Assembly (NCBI GenBank): GCA_963703345.1
Contig: OY969814.1
Location: 320,001 to 384,000 of the forward strand
Source: an uncultured Chloroflexia bacterium
GTDB lineage: Bacteria > Chloroflexota > Dehalococcoidia > DSTF01 > JALHUB01
Direction: 5' to 3'
DNA length: 64,000 nt
Position numbers and translations under genes: made by a program. This document shows positions 40,600 to 50,768 of this stretch, piece after piece (within the stretch, counting starts at the first letter, position 1; the number at the start of each line of letters is the position of its first letter). The notes under the pieces were generated by a model. The model did no database searches. It was not told where the DNA came from and was given only the letters and a program-made list of their open reading frames with translations.

Positions 40600-41727
40600 T
40601 CAGGGACCGACGGTCTGGAGTGTCCAGGGGACCGGGTCAACCGGCACGCCGCGGACGATGATCTCCCAGTGCACGTGCGGGCCGGTCGCCATGCCGGTGT
40701 GGCCGACAAAGCCGATGATGTCGCCCTTGTTCACCATCTGACCCACCTGCACATTGAACGACGACATGTGGCCGTAGCCGCTGAACACTCCGTCGCCGTG
40801 GTCGATCAGCACGCTATTGCCGTGCGTCGGGCCGCTGGCGACGTAGGCCACGCGACCGCTGTTGCTGGCGGCTATCGGCACGCCTTCGTCCGCCGCGAGG
40901 TCTATCCCCTGGTGGAAACTGCTGACCGGACCACCATTGTATCCCCGGCGGATGCCGAAGGGGTCAACGATGTCCTCAGCCACCGGCCAGATGAACGGCC
41001 CCGACCACAGCTTCTGGTTGGTGAACTGGGCGAACGTTGCGGCGCGCGCATCGTCTTCCTGCTGAATAAGCGCCGGGTCGAGTGAGCTGTTTACGTCGGG
41101 CGGAAGGTCAACGTTCTCCACCGGGTAGCCCATGTCGTCTACGGTCATCTGGGTCGCCAGCTCCGACATGACGTTGCCGTTGCCGTCGAGGAGCTGCACC
41201 GTGACGCGGTGGACGCCCACGGCCGCGTCTCCCGCTGCGGCGACGACGCCCCAGAAGTCGCTCCCATGGGCCACCAGCGGATAGCGGACGTTGTCGGCGA
41301 AGGCGACGGCGCTGGCCGCGCCCTGCCCGGCGACCTCAACCGTCGTCGTCTGACCCTGCCCGATCTCTGGCGGCACCAGTAACACGAGCGATGTGTCGAT
41401 GGGGGCAGCCGGGGGACTGGGGACGAGCGTGGCGACAGGAGGGGGAGCCTGGACGGCGGCCTCCGTGGGCTCCACCTGCGGCGGCGACACGACGGTCGTC
41501 GGTTGCGGCGTGGGAGTGACGGTCGGACTCGCCGTTGCTGTGGCGGTCGGCCTGGGCGTCGACGTCCGGGTCATGGTCGGTGACGGCGTCGGCGTCTTCG
41601 CCGCGTTGCCCGAGCTCGACGAGCAGGCCACGCCCACCGTCATGCAGGCAACAAGCGCGAGCGCCAGAGGGAAGCCGGCCGGCAACCGGGCGCCGAAGCG
41701 CAAGGGGCGACGCCGAACGAAACTCAT
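40600..41727 (-). CDS. M23 family metallopeptidase, probable lipoprotein
   Basis: HQGID, YGH, G.TG.ATGPHVHW; Pro/Thr linker after VAC. Confidence 0.88.
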   Translation of the reverse strand: MSFVRRRPLRFGARLPAGFPLALALVACMTVGVACSSSSGNAAKTPTPSPTMTRTSTPRPTATATASPTVTPTPQPTTVVSPPQVEPTEAAVQAPPPVATLVPSPPAAPIDTSLVLLVPPEIGQGQTTTVEVAGQGAASAVAFADNVRYPLVAHGSDFWGVVAAAGDAAVGVHRVTVQLLDGNGNVMSELATQMTVDDMGYPVENVDLPPDVNSSLDPALIQQEDDARAATFAQFTNQKLWSGPFIWPVAEDIVDPFGIRRGYNGGPVSSFHQGIDLAADEGVPIAASNSGRVAYVASGPTHGNSVLIDHGDGVFSGYGHMSSFNVQVGQMVNKGDIIGFVGHTGMATGPHVHWEIIVRGVPVDPVPWTLQTVGP

Positions 41728-41731
41728 AGAA

Positions 41732-43135
41732 CTATCCTACAGGACGGGCGGAGCGCGGGGAACCCGAGCGCGCCCTGTGATGCGCAATCGCCTGCGCCGC
41801 GAGCTGGATGCCCTCCCACTCGTTGGCGAACGGCGGCGCGTGCGTCAGGTCGAGTTGCATCAGGTCGGCAACGGTCATCTTGCTGTGCAACGCCGCCGCG
41901 ACGACATCGATTCGCTTTGCGACGGTCCCGTGGCCCGCCATTTGCGCCCCCAGCAGCCGGCCGCTGCGCTCGTCGGCGATGAGCTTCACCGTCAGCGTCT
42001 CCGCGCGCGGATAGAACGGCGAGCGGGACGGGAAGCGGATGACTGCGCTTATCGGCGTGAACCCTGCCGACTGCGCCTGGTCGTGGGAGAGCCCGGTCCG
42101 GGCCACTTCCAGGTCGAACACCTTGAAGGCGAGCGTCGTCATGATGCCGGGGAAAGTGGCGCGACCGCCCATGGCGTTCTCGCCCGCCACGCGGCCCTGC
42201 TTGTTCGCCGTCGTGCCCAGAGGAAGGAAGATCGGCTTTCCCGTCAGCACATTGCGCGATTCCACGCAGTCGCCGGCGGCGTAGATGTCGGGGACGTTTG
42301 TGCGCATCATCTCATCCGTCGCTATCCCGCCGATCTCACCCAGGGCGACGCCGGCCTCGCGGGCAATGGCGGAATCCGGACGCGCCCCGGCGGCAATCAG
42401 CACCATATCTGCCTCCACGTCACCGCCGTCCGTCGACACCCTTTCGACCATTGCCGAGGCGCTGCCCTCGAAGCTGAGCGCCAGGCGCGGCTTCAGCAGC
42501 TCGACGGAATGGCGGCGCAATTCTTCCTCTATCAGACCGCCGATCTCCGGCTCGCTCATCGGCAGGACGGTGTCGCTCGCCTCGATCATCGTCGTTTGCG
42601 CGCCGGCCGTCGTCAGAGCCTCCGCCATCTCCAGACCAATATAGCCTGCGCCGATGATCGCCGCCCGCTTGACTGGTCGTCGGGCGATGAACTGCTTGAT
42701 GGCGATGGCGCTGTCCAGCGAGCGAAGTGCGAACATTCCGCCGAGCTCCAGGCCCCGAATGCCCGGCAGGATGGGCTGCGCTCCCGCGGCGATGACCAGC
42801 TTCTTGTAGCCGATGATTTCCTTCTCCCGCGTCGCCGCGTTGACGAACTCGACCGTGTGCTCCTGCGCGTCGATGCCCTTCACTTCGCAGCCGGTGCGGA
42901 CGTCGATCTGCCGCTCCGTGCGGAAGTAGTCCGCCTCATACACTACAAGGCTTTCTTCGTCCTTGACGACATCGGAGATGAAGTAGGGTAGCCCGCAGAG
43001 CATGAAGGATACACGCGGGCCGCGTTCGAGGACGACGATCTCCGCCTCGGGCTGACGACGGCGCGCCGCTGCCGCCGCGCTCATGCCCGCGGCGCCCCCG
43101 CCGATGACCAGCAATCGCTTGGCGCGTCGCTCCAT
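41732..43135 (-). CDS. CoA-disulfide reductase/NADH oxidase family flavoprotein
   Basis: GGGAAG, SF..CGLPY redox Cys, GAGYIGLE, YAAGDC, PLGTTANKQGR, KRIDV. Confidence 0.9.
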   Translation of the reverse strand: MERRAKRLLVIGGGAAGMSAAAAARRRQPEAEIVVLERGPRVSFMLCGLPYFISDVVKDEESLVVYEADYFRTERQIDVRTGCEVKGIDAQEHTVEFVNAATREKEIIGYKKLVIAAGAQPILPGIRGLELGGMFALRSLDSAIAIKQFIARRPVKRAAIIGAGYIGLEMAEALTTAGAQTTMIEASDTVLPMSEPEIGGLIEEELRRHSVELLKPRLALSFEGSASAMVERVSTDGGDVEADMVLIAAGARPDSAIAREAGVALGEIGGIATDEMMRTNVPDIYAAGDCVESRNVLTGKPIFLPLGTTANKQGRVAGENAMGGRATFPGIMTTLAFKVFDLEVARTGLSHDQAQSAGFTPISAVIRFPSRSPFYPRAETLTVKLIADERSGRLLGAQMAGHGTVAKRIDVVAAALHSKMTVADLMQLDLTHAPPFANEWEGIQLAAQAIAHHRARSGSPRSARPVG

Positions 43136-43324
43136 GTCAATGACCCCCGGAAAGGTCGCCCGCCTGCCGGTGGCGCCCCATCTGGCAAGAGACAGTCTAG
43201 GGAAGGGTCTTCAGCCCTCCCGCCGGCCGGCTCTAACGCTCATTATAGCAAGAGCCGAGACACCGGGTTTCGGGCGCAGAGGTGTTTGACGTTGAAGGGG
43301 GATAGTGAGGGTTTCCTGAACGCG

Positions 43325-44350
43325 CTAGGCCGACTGCTGCAAACGCCCGCCGTCCTCGTACGCTGAGAGGCTCGATTCCGCCGCATCGAGGAGGCTTGCC
43401 GCCGAATCGGCGTCTTCCGGGCAGTTCGCCGCGCCCAGGCACAGCCGCGGCTCAGCGCCGGAGGCCTCCGCAGCGTAGCGGATCTTCAACAAACGCGACG
43501 CTACCCGGAGTTGCGCCTCGACTGCCGCTTCCTTTGGCGTCTCCGTCATGAGGACGGCTATGCTCGCCTTGCCGTAGCCCGCCAGGATATCGGGGCTTCT
43601 GATCTGATTGCGGACCACTGCGGCCGCCTTTCGCAGAAAGACCTCCGTTTGATGTCTCCCAACGCTCCTGGCGATCTCGTCCAGGTTCTCGAAGACGAAC
43701 AGCAGCAGCGTAAGCGAGTGCTCGTATCGCAGCGCCCGCTCCACCTCCTGCTCCAGCCGCAGATGCAACCATTCGCGGTCGAAGAGCCAGCGCGCCGGAT
43801 CGATGCCGCCGAATCGCAAATGTTGGTCGAGCATGCGGAGCCGCACGAGCGCCAGAGCAATATGGTCCGCGAGGCGCGGATAGAGTTCCAGGCTCGTGTG
43901 CCCCTGGTCGAAGAAGAGGACGACGCCTAATCGCTCGTCCTGCCATTGGAGTCGCGCCAGGAGGACGCGGCGCGCAGGCAGCTCCGGCGCCTGGTCGCCC
44001 ATCAGCTCGCCCAGACTGTCCAGCACCTGCACCTCGCCGCTCTCGAACACCTCCAACAGCGGGCTGGACTCCGCGACCGGCAGCCTGATCGCCGCGACGT
44101 GGGCCGAACGGACTCCTTCGCTGAGGAAGGGGACGAGCGTCCCGCTGTTGTCGTCGAGGAAGGCGCACACTGCCGTCTCCTCGTCGAACACCGACGTCAG
44201 CGAGGCGATTGCTTCGGCCAGACTCTGCCGGTCCTGCGCCGCGTGCAGCGATAGCAATGCCGCCGCAACGTCCGCCGTCGGCGCATCCAAGCGCTCGTCG
44301 AAGGGCTCACTCGCGGACATGGTTCTGCTGCTCTTGCTGGCCCTGGACAT
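43325..44350 (-). CDS. GAF-like plus degenerate GGDEF domain protein
   Basis: L..EVERA.RY, RSPD I-site, GGDEF replaced by GKASI, G.A..P.D. Confidence 0.75.
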   Translation of the reverse strand: MSRASKSSRTMSASEPFDERLDAPTADVAAALLSLHAAQDRQSLAEAIASLTSVFDEETAVCAFLDDNSGTLVPFLSEGVRSAHVAAIRLPVAESSPLLEVFESGEVQVLDSLGELMGDQAPELPARRVLLARLQWQDERLGVVLFFDQGHTSLELYPRLADHIALALVRLRMLDQHLRFGGIDPARWLFDREWLHLRLEQEVERALRYEHSLTLLLFVFENLDEIARSVGRHQTEVFLRKAAAVVRNQIRSPDILAGYGKASIAVLMTETPKEAAVEAQLRVASRLLKIRYAAEASGAEPRLCLGAANCPEDADSAASLLDAAESSLSAYEDGGRLQQSA

Positions 44351-44379
44351 ACATTATCTCCCTGGAGAATTATCGGAAG

Positions 44380-45150
44380 TCAGAAGCGCCGGAAGAGGGG
44401 CCCCCGACGGCCGCCCTTCTTGAAAGCGGTTCGACGCATCGTCAGCCGTCGCACGCCGGTCATCTGGCGGAAGCCGACGCCCTGGCTGATCTGGCGCAGC
44501 ACCCGCGGCGGATCGAACACGCGCACGCCGGAGATAATGTCGATGCCGAAGTCGAACAACACCGGCGAAAGCGGCGCCGTCGGCCCGAGGAGGATGACGG
44601 TGGCGTCCCGGCTGCGGTAGCTCAGGAGCGGCTCAATGGTGTGGTTGACGAACGCGGTGCCTGTAATCGCCAGAACGTCGGCCTCCGGTATCACGCGCGC
44701 CGCCTCCGCAGCCGGCAGATCGCCCGCGCGCGGACGTAGCTCCAGCACGGAAAGCTGTAGCGCCACCTCCCGCAGCTCCGGCACAAACGGAAAGTGCCCG
44801 ACGAGGACGACGTTCCTGCCTGTAGCCCGTCTCAGAAGCAAGTCGCGCGCGTTCGTCTCCTCGCAATGCGACTCGTTGACCTCCAGCAGCGAGTTCAACG
44901 CCGCAATGCCGAGCGCCGCCTCCAGCGGATCGTCGGATAGCGATAGTCCGGCCAGCTCGCGCGCGCTCCGTCCGGCGAGAGTCTCGCCGCCGCGGCTTAT
45001 GCCGCCGCTTTCGAGATACTCCGCGGAGGCCAGCGTGGAGGCCAGTCCGCAGTACCGGCTCCAGACGGCAAACCAGGCGACGTTGCTGCGACCCTCCTTC
45101 ACCGGGGCGTCGCCTTCGATAGAGTCCAGGACCGCTTCCAGTATGGCCAT
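44380..45150 (-). CDS. DUF364 (Rossmann-like) domain protein
   Basis: A.G.AA.N, VGHFP, ITGT..VNHT, LGPT.P..P.LF, SG. Confidence 0.8.
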   Translation of the reverse strand: MAILEAVLDSIEGDAPVKEGRSNVAWFAVWSRYCGLASTLASAEYLESGGISRGGETLAGRSARELAGLSLSDDPLEAALGIAALNSLLEVNESHCEETNARDLLLRRATGRNVVLVGHFPFVPELREVALQLSVLELRPRAGDLPAAEAARVIPEADVLAITGTAFVNHTIEPLLSYRSRDATVILLGPTAPLSPVLFDFGIDIISGVRVFDPPRVLRQISQGVGFRQMTGVRRLTMRRTAFKKGGRRGPLFRRF

Positions 45151-45200
45151 CGTCAAGCCCGTTTCCAGCCGCAGATCTCTGGCCCGAAGTCGCGCAGCGA

Positions 45201-46334
45201 CTATTCTTCCGAAGGCAACAGCGGCTGTCGTACTTCCGAGAGCGGCTTGGCCCGTCCCTCGGCATCGAAGAAGAAGCGGCGCGCCCACAGCGCCACATAT
45301 ACCAGCGATATGAGCACGGGCACCTCGATCAGCGGCCCCACGACCGCGGCCAGCGCCTGACCGGACTCGATTCCGAAGACGCCGATCGCCACCGCTATCG
45401 CCAGCTCGAAGTTGTTGCTCGCGGCCGTGAACGAAAGCGTCGCCGTCTCCGGATAGCGGAACCGCAGCCGCCACGACATCAGAAACGAGACGCTGAACAT
45501 GATCAGGAAGTAAAGGAGCAGCGGTATCGCGATCCGCAGGACGTCCAGCGGCACGTCCAGAATGTACTCGCCCTTGAGCGCGAACATGACGACGATCGTG
45601 AAGAGCAGGCCGATGATCGCCGTGGGGCCCAGCTTTGGCATGAGCACGCCTTCGTACCAGTCGCGTCCCTTGCGCCGGATTCCGACGTAGCGCGTGATCA
45701 TGCCGGCGACCAGCGGGATGCCGAGGAAGATGAGAACGCTTCTCGCGACCTCCCAGAAGCTGATGTGCACTTCGGAGCCGCCGCCGAACCAGGAGCTGGC
45801 TACGCTCACGAAGAACCAGGCGTACAGCGAGTAGAAGAGCACCTGGAAGACGGAGTTTAGCGCCACCAGGACGGCGGCATACTCGTTATCGCCCTCTGCC
45901 AGCATGTTCCAGATGAGCACCATGGCGATGCAGCGCGCCAGCCCGACGATGATGAGGCCGGTGCGGTACTCCGGCTGGTCGGGCAGGAGCAGCCAGGCAA
46001 GGACGAACATGACGACCGGGCCGACGAGCCAGTTCTGAACGAGCGAGACGCTGAACATCTTCCAGGCGCCCCTGACTTTGCCCAGCTCCTCGTAGCGGAC
46101 CTTCGCCAGCACCGGGTACATCATCCACAGCAGGCCGATGGCGATGGGGATGGAGGTGGTACCGATGCTTGCGGAGTTGATGGCGTCGGCGACGCGGGGG
46201 AAGAGCTTGCCTAGCGCCACGCCGAAGGCCATCGTTAGCACGATCCAGAGCGCAATGAAGCGGTCGAGGAACGAAAGCCTTCCCGCCATGTCCCCTGGTC
46301 GTGCACTCGTGCCTGCTGTCATCAATTGCGGCAT
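45201..46334 (-). CDS. acr3: ACR3 family arsenite efflux transporter
   Basis: [40 protein letters not shown]. Start uncertain. Confidence 0.93.
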   Translation of the reverse strand: MPQLMTAGTSARPGDMAGRLSFLDRFIALWIVLTMAFGVALGKLFPRVADAINSASIGTTSIPIAIGLLWMMYPVLAKVRYEELGKVRGAWKMFSVSLVQNWLVGPVVMFVLAWLLLPDQPEYRTGLIIVGLARCIAMVLIWNMLAEGDNEYAAVLVALNSVFQVLFYSLYAWFFVSVASSWFGGGSEVHISFWEVARSVLIFLGIPLVAGMITRYVGIRRKGRDWYEGVLMPKLGPTAIIGLLFTIVVMFALKGEYILDVPLDVLRIAIPLLLYFLIMFSVSFLMSWRLRFRYPETATLSFTAASNNFELAIAVAIGVFGIESGQALAAVVGPLIEVPVLISLVYVALWARRFFFDAEGRAKPLSEVRQPLLPSEE

Positions 46335-46403
46335 CTGTTTGGACCTGCCAGATACCACAAGTATAGCTGAGCAGCAATTCTCAAGGAAGCGCGCCTAAAC
46401 CTA

Positions 46404-46432
46404 TTGACAGTAGTTGTAACGCGTTGTAAAGA
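46404..46432 (+). promoter_or_regulatory. Promoter with 10-bp-phased GTTGTAA direct repeats (putative operator)
   Basis: TTGACA at 46404, GTTGTAA at 46413 and 46423, weak -10 TAAAGA at 17-nt spacing. Confidence 0.55.
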
Positions 46433-46440
46433 ACGTATGT

Positions 46441-46671
46441 ATGGAATCGAGAGAAAGATACCTTAGTCTGTCGGAAGCAGCGGAGTACCTGGGTGTCAGT
46501 CGGGTAACTGTCTGGCGACGCATACGGGAAGGTGCCCTTGTGGCATATCGTTCCGCCGCATCGAGACGCGAGACGCTGATCAGACAGGAGGACCTCGACC
46601 GGCTGCGACGTCCGCGAAACATACGCTCATCCCGCGCCGCGGTGATGAGACGCCGGAAAGAGACGAGCTAG
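46441..46671 (+). CDS. Excisionase-like (HTH_17) DNA-binding protein
   Basis: YLSLSEAAEYLGVSRVTVWRRIREG.L.A...I...DL. Confidence 0.85.
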   Translation: MESRERYLSLSEAAEYLGVSRVTVWRRIREGALVAYRSAASRRETLIRQEDLDRLRRPRNIRSSRAAVMRRRKETS

Positions 46672-46686
46672 GGCCGAAGGCAGTCT

Positions 46687-48348
46687 ATGAACGACGTGGC
46701 ACACGAGGAAAACACCGCTTCGGATCGCGCCGTTATATCGCTGTGTTCCTACAACAGAAAACTGAGGGGCGGCTACTACACACCTCCGACGATTGCGGCA
46801 TTCCTGGCGAAATGGGCGATCCAACACGGCTGTTCAAGGGTGCTTGAGCCTAGCGCCGGGGACGGTGAAATGGTAGCTGCGGCTGCTCGATGTCTTGACG
46901 ATAATGGCGAGGTCATGGCCGTAGAGGTTGACCCAGATGAGGCGAAAAAAGCGGCCGAGAGAGGTGGCAAACGCACTACTGTCGCTGTGGATGATTTCTT
47001 CGCCTGGTTCCGGCGGAATAACGCCCGATGCGCTTTCGATGCCGTGATCGGCAATCCTCCCTTCATACGCTATCAGCATTTTCCTGAGGAACACCGCCAA
47101 GCCGCTTTTGCCGTGCTGCGGGAAAGCGGTTTGCGTCCATCCCGGTTGATGAACGCGTGGCTCCCCTTCGTCGTAGCCAGCACAGAGGCGTTGCGGCCGG
47201 GTGGGCGACTGGGAATGGTGCTTCCCGCGGAGTTGCTGCAGGTAACCTATGCGGGTCAGTTGCGAGAGTATCTCGCGAGGAAGTACTCGCATCTCACGGT
47301 GCTGACTTTTCGGCGGCTGGTTTTTGATGGCGTTCAAGAAGAGACCGTGCTTCTGTTGGGTATCCGGCGTGATTCGCCGTCGGCGCAGATGTGCTTCAAA
47401 GAGTTGGGAGGGCTGGACGAGCTTGAGCGGGTAATGATTAACGGCGCCGAAAGGGTCGAAGTGGATCTTGATCATGCCCGTGAGAAATGGACCCAGTACT
47501 ATCTTTCCCCGTCCGAACTAGGCCTCATCCGAGATCTGGAAACTTCGGACGCGTTTTGTACACTCGGTGATCTAGCGCGGGTCGATGTCGGAATTGTCAC
47601 GGGCCGCAATGAATTCTTCGTTTTGAGCGATTACGAGGCTAGACTGCACGACGTGATGCCGTGGTGCGTGCCGTTGGTGGGTCGAGCGGCACAGATCCCT
47701 GGTGCGGTTCTGCACGATGATGATTGGAGCCGCCTCGCCGCCAGGAACGACAAATGCTACATGTTTCATCCCGGCGCCGTCGACAGAGCGGGCTTGCCGG
47801 GTCCTGCCCTCGCATACGTGAAGCGGGGCGAAGACGAGGGGTTCCATCGTGGCTACAAGTGCCGAGTTCGGCTGCCCCGCTGGTGGAATTTACCATCCAC
47901 GTGGATCCCAGATGCGTTCTTGTTGAGGCAAATTCATGATGGGCCTCGCATTGTTCAGAACAAGACACGAGCAACTTGCACCGACACCATACATCGTATC
48001 CGGACCATCAACGGGACAGACAGTGGCCGGCTCGCAGCTGCTTCTATGAATTCGCTCACATTTGCATTTACAGAGATACGCGGGAGGAGTTATGGAGGAG
48101 GCGTGCTTGAACTAGAACCCACCGAAGCTGAGGGCCTACTCTTCCCGAGACTGAGCATGCTGAGCCTGGATGCCGACGAGTTCAACGCATGGGTGGTTGG
48201 CAGGCACGTGGACGACATCCTTGACGAGGTCAACCGCCGGGTGCTCCGTCCGACCGGGCTCGCCGATTCTGACATACGGGTTCTGCGAGGCGTCTGGCGA
48301 AAACTACACGAACGCCGTCGAAGCCGGAAGCGTCACTATAACGCGTGA
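46687..48348 (+). CDS. N6-adenine (amino) DNA methyltransferase, gamma class
   Basis: GGYYTP, motif I LEPSAGDG, motif IV GNPPF, C-terminal GRSYGGG.LE.EP; lower GC. Confidence 0.9.
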   Translation: MNDVAHEENTASDRAVISLCSYNRKLRGGYYTPPTIAAFLAKWAIQHGCSRVLEPSAGDGEMVAAAARCLDDNGEVMAVEVDPDEAKKAAERGGKRTTVAVDDFFAWFRRNNARCAFDAVIGNPPFIRYQHFPEEHRQAAFAVLRESGLRPSRLMNAWLPFVVASTEALRPGGRLGMVLPAELLQVTYAGQLREYLARKYSHLTVLTFRRLVFDGVQEETVLLLGIRRDSPSAQMCFKELGGLDELERVMINGAERVEVDLDHAREKWTQYYLSPSELGLIRDLETSDAFCTLGDLARVDVGIVTGRNEFFVLSDYEARLHDVMPWCVPLVGRAAQIPGAVLHDDDWSRLAARNDKCYMFHPGAVDRAGLPGPALAYVKRGEDEGFHRGYKCRVRLPRWWNLPSTWIPDAFLLRQIHDGPRIVQNKTRATCTDTIHRIRTINGTDSGRLAAASMNSLTFAFTEIRGRSYGGGVLELEPTEAEGLLFPRLSMLSLDADEFNAWVVGRHVDDILDEVNRRVLRPTGLADSDIRVLRGVWRKLHERRRSRKRHYNA

Positions 48349-49046
48349 GGGGGCAACCCCTTGTACCGCGCCGTGTAGGCCGCCTCAACTTGAGAGGAAA
48401 AGCGCTCGACCCGAAGCGAAGATAGCGGAGAGGGCGTATCGCCGTCGATGCTACCGTCTTCCGGGTTCCACACGACCATCGCTATCGCCTCGGCCATATG
48501 AGCCGGGTCCGAAATGGAGACTCTTCCTGTTAAGCGTTCAAGGGTCTCTATGATTGCGGCCTTTTGACCGGGCATTAGGCAACGTGAGGGGAGGACGACC
48601 ATGAAAGCAACAACAGCGACAGGGAAACGGCTGTGAACGGTGGTAGCTTCCGTGCCGAGATCGTTGATCATGTTCTGCCAGTTCTTGCCCACGCTTCTTG
48701 TATCATTGAGAGTCTTGCTGTCGAAAGCGAACCTAACGCCGTCGGGACGATAGCCGACATCGAACTGTTGAGGACGAACACCGCCGATTATCAACACCGG
48801 GCCACGTTCGACGCAATCTTCGCGAGGTGCCACCAGCGCACCACGCTTCGGTGGAACCACCGGGATGCCGCCCAGCATGGTGGCTAGGGCATCAGCTACT
48901 GCTTTGTCAATAAGCTCACACAGCTGGCCGGACGATTGCGGGGGTGAGCGCTTCAGGCAGCCGCCCAGCTTCGTCCACCGCTTTCCAAAGGCTGCGAGGT
49001 CGCTCCGCGGTATGGTCAAGGGTGGCATTCTTGTCAGTTGGGCCAT
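48336..49046 (-). CDS. Putative type II restriction endonuclease
   Basis: PD-(D/E)xK-like QFDV...FDSK; convergent with and overlapping the methyltransferase; lower GC. Confidence 0.6.
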   Translation of the reverse strand: MAQLTRMPPLTIPRSDLAAFGKRWTKLGGCLKRSPPQSSGQLCELIDKAVADALATMLGGIPVVPPKRGALVAPREDCVERGPVLIIGGVRPQQFDVGYRPDGVRFAFDSKTLNDTRSVGKNWQNMINDLGTEATTVHSRFPVAVVAFMVVLPSRCLMPGQKAAIIETLERLTGRVSISDPAHMAEAIAMVVWNPEDGSIDGDTPSPLSSLRVERFSSQVEAAYTARYKGLPPHAL

Positions 49047-49119
49047 GGAACGATAATCGCACGTAGCAACAGTTCTGTCTAGCTACCCAGTGCACTCGCA
49101 AAGCGTCGGTTCGTCTTGC

Positions 49120-49148
49120 TTGACCGCTCCCTGGGCCGCTCTTAGAAT
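49120..49148 (+). promoter_or_regulatory. Putative sigma70 promoter for coaE
   Basis: TTGACC-17 nt-TAGAAT. Confidence 0.5.
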
Positions 49149-49208
49149 GGTTGTGCCTGTTGCGGCCGGCCCGGGCCGGCAGCGGCGGCGCATATCTCGG
49201 GCGGAGCG

Positions 49209-49820
49209 ATGATCACTATCGGCCTTACCGGCGGCATCGGCAGCGGCAAATCTACCGTCGCAAGAATGCTCTTCGACAAGGGCGCCGCGTTTGTGAACGC
49301 CGATCTCGTCGGCCACCGCTCCTATCGCCGGGGCTCGCCGACGTACGAACGCCTTGTCGAGACCTTTGGGCCCGAGATCGTCGCCACGAACGGCGAGATC
49401 GACCGGCAGGCGCTCGGCCAGCGCGTCTTCGCCGACCCACAGGACCGCGAGCGGCTCAACGAGATCGTCTGGCCCGCCATGGCCGAGATCATGTCCCGCG
49501 ACCTCGAAGGCCTTCGCGGCAAGAACGAGCGCGTGGCCGTGCTTGAGGCCGCAGTTTTGCTGGAAGCCGGCTGGCAATGGCTTGTCGACGAGATCTGGGT
49601 CGTCGTGGCGAGCCCGGAGGTGGCGACGAGGCGGCTGGAGGCGAAAGGCATTTCCCGCGAACAGACGGAGGCGCGAATTCGGACCCAGCTTAGCAACGAG
49701 GAACGCAGCCGTCAGTCTAGCGTAGTCATCGAGAACGACGGTTCGCTGGCAGAGCTCGAGGAGCGGGTGCAGTCGTTGTGGGAGGAGCTCCAGGCCCGAA
49801 TCGCTCAACGGAAGAATTGA
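49209..49820 (+). CDS. coaE: Dephospho-CoA kinase
   Basis: [32 protein letters not shown]. Confidence 0.95.
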   Translation: MITIGLTGGIGSGKSTVARMLFDKGAAFVNADLVGHRSYRRGSPTYERLVETFGPEIVATNGEIDRQALGQRVFADPQDRERLNEIVWPAMAEIMSRDLEGLRGKNERVAVLEAAVLLEAGWQWLVDEIWVVVASPEVATRRLEAKGISREQTEARIRTQLSNEERSRQSSVVIENDGSLAELEERVQSLWEELQARIAQRKN

Positions 49821-49857
49821 TTTCCCCAAACGCTTCGGTCCCCAGGGTGAAACCGTA

Positions 49858-50757
49858 ATGCCAAAACGAGCACGATTGGTCGAAGGCGATTTCCGGCAGT
49901 ACGCCGTGGAGGAATACTACGCGCTGAAGGAGCCCTACTACCTGCCCATCCGCGACGAAGTGGAGCTCTTCGCCGCCGCCTTCTCCCAGCAGATACCAGT
50001 CCTCCTCAAAGGGCCCACCGGCTGCGGCAAGACCCGCTTCATCGAGTACATGGCCTGGAAGCTGGGACGGCCCCTCACCATAATCAAGGACGCTACCGAC
50101 GGCGGCAGCGAGAAGACGCACGGCCTGCCACTGGTTACGGTCGCCTGCCACGAAGACCTGACCGCCAGCGATCTGGTCGGCCGCTACCTGCTCGAAGGCG
50201 ACTCCACGCGCTGGATCGACGGCCCCCTGACTCGCGCGGTGAAGGCCGGGGCCATCTGCTACCTTGACGAGGTCGTCGAAGCGCGGAAAGACACGACTGT
50301 CCTTATCCATCCTCTAACGGACCACCGGCGCATCCTGCCGATTGAGAAGCGTGGTCAGATACTGGAAGCGGCGGCCGGGTTCCTTCTCGTCATCTCCTAC
50401 AACCCGGGCTACCAGAGCGCCCTCAAAGACCTGAAGCACAGCACGCGGCAGCGCTTCGTCGCCCTGGAGTTCACGTATCCGAGTCGGGAACAGGAAGCGC
50501 AAATCGTTGCCCGCGAAGCCGGCGTTTCGGCGGAGATGGCCGGCGAGCTGGCGAAGCTGGGCGAAAAGGTCCGCAACCTCAAAGAGCATGGCCTGGCCGA
50601 AGGCGTTAGCACGCGCCTGCTCATCTACGCCGGCAAGCTGATCACGAAAGGCGTCTCGCCGCGCCAGGCCTGTCAGTCCGCGGTCGTCTGGTCCCTCACA
50701 GACGACCCGGAGCTTCAGCGCAGCATCGAAGAGGTCGTATCGTCCATTTTCGAGTGA
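49858..50757 (+). CDS. CbbQ/NirQ/NorQ-type MoxR AAA+ ATPase
   Basis: [49 protein letters not shown]. Confidence 0.92.
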   Translation: MPKRARLVEGDFRQYAVEEYYALKEPYYLPIRDEVELFAAAFSQQIPVLLKGPTGCGKTRFIEYMAWKLGRPLTIIKDATDGGSEKTHGLPLVTVACHEDLTASDLVGRYLLEGDSTRWIDGPLTRAVKAGAICYLDEVVEARKDTTVLIHPLTDHRRILPIEKRGQILEAAAGFLLVISYNPGYQSALKDLKHSTRQRFVALEFTYPSREQEAQIVAREAGVSAEMAGELAKLGEKVRNLKEHGLAEGVSTRLLIYAGKLITKGVSPRQACQSAVVWSLTDDPELQRSIEEVVSSIFE

Positions 50758-50768
50758 GGAGCGAAAAC

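Noticed and set aside
46441-46671. Excisionase as evidence of a prophage or ICE
   Set aside because: No integrase, att repeats or phage genes are nearby.
49858-50757. CbbQ as evidence of carbon fixation or denitrification
   Set aside because: No cbbL/M or norBC genes are in the window.
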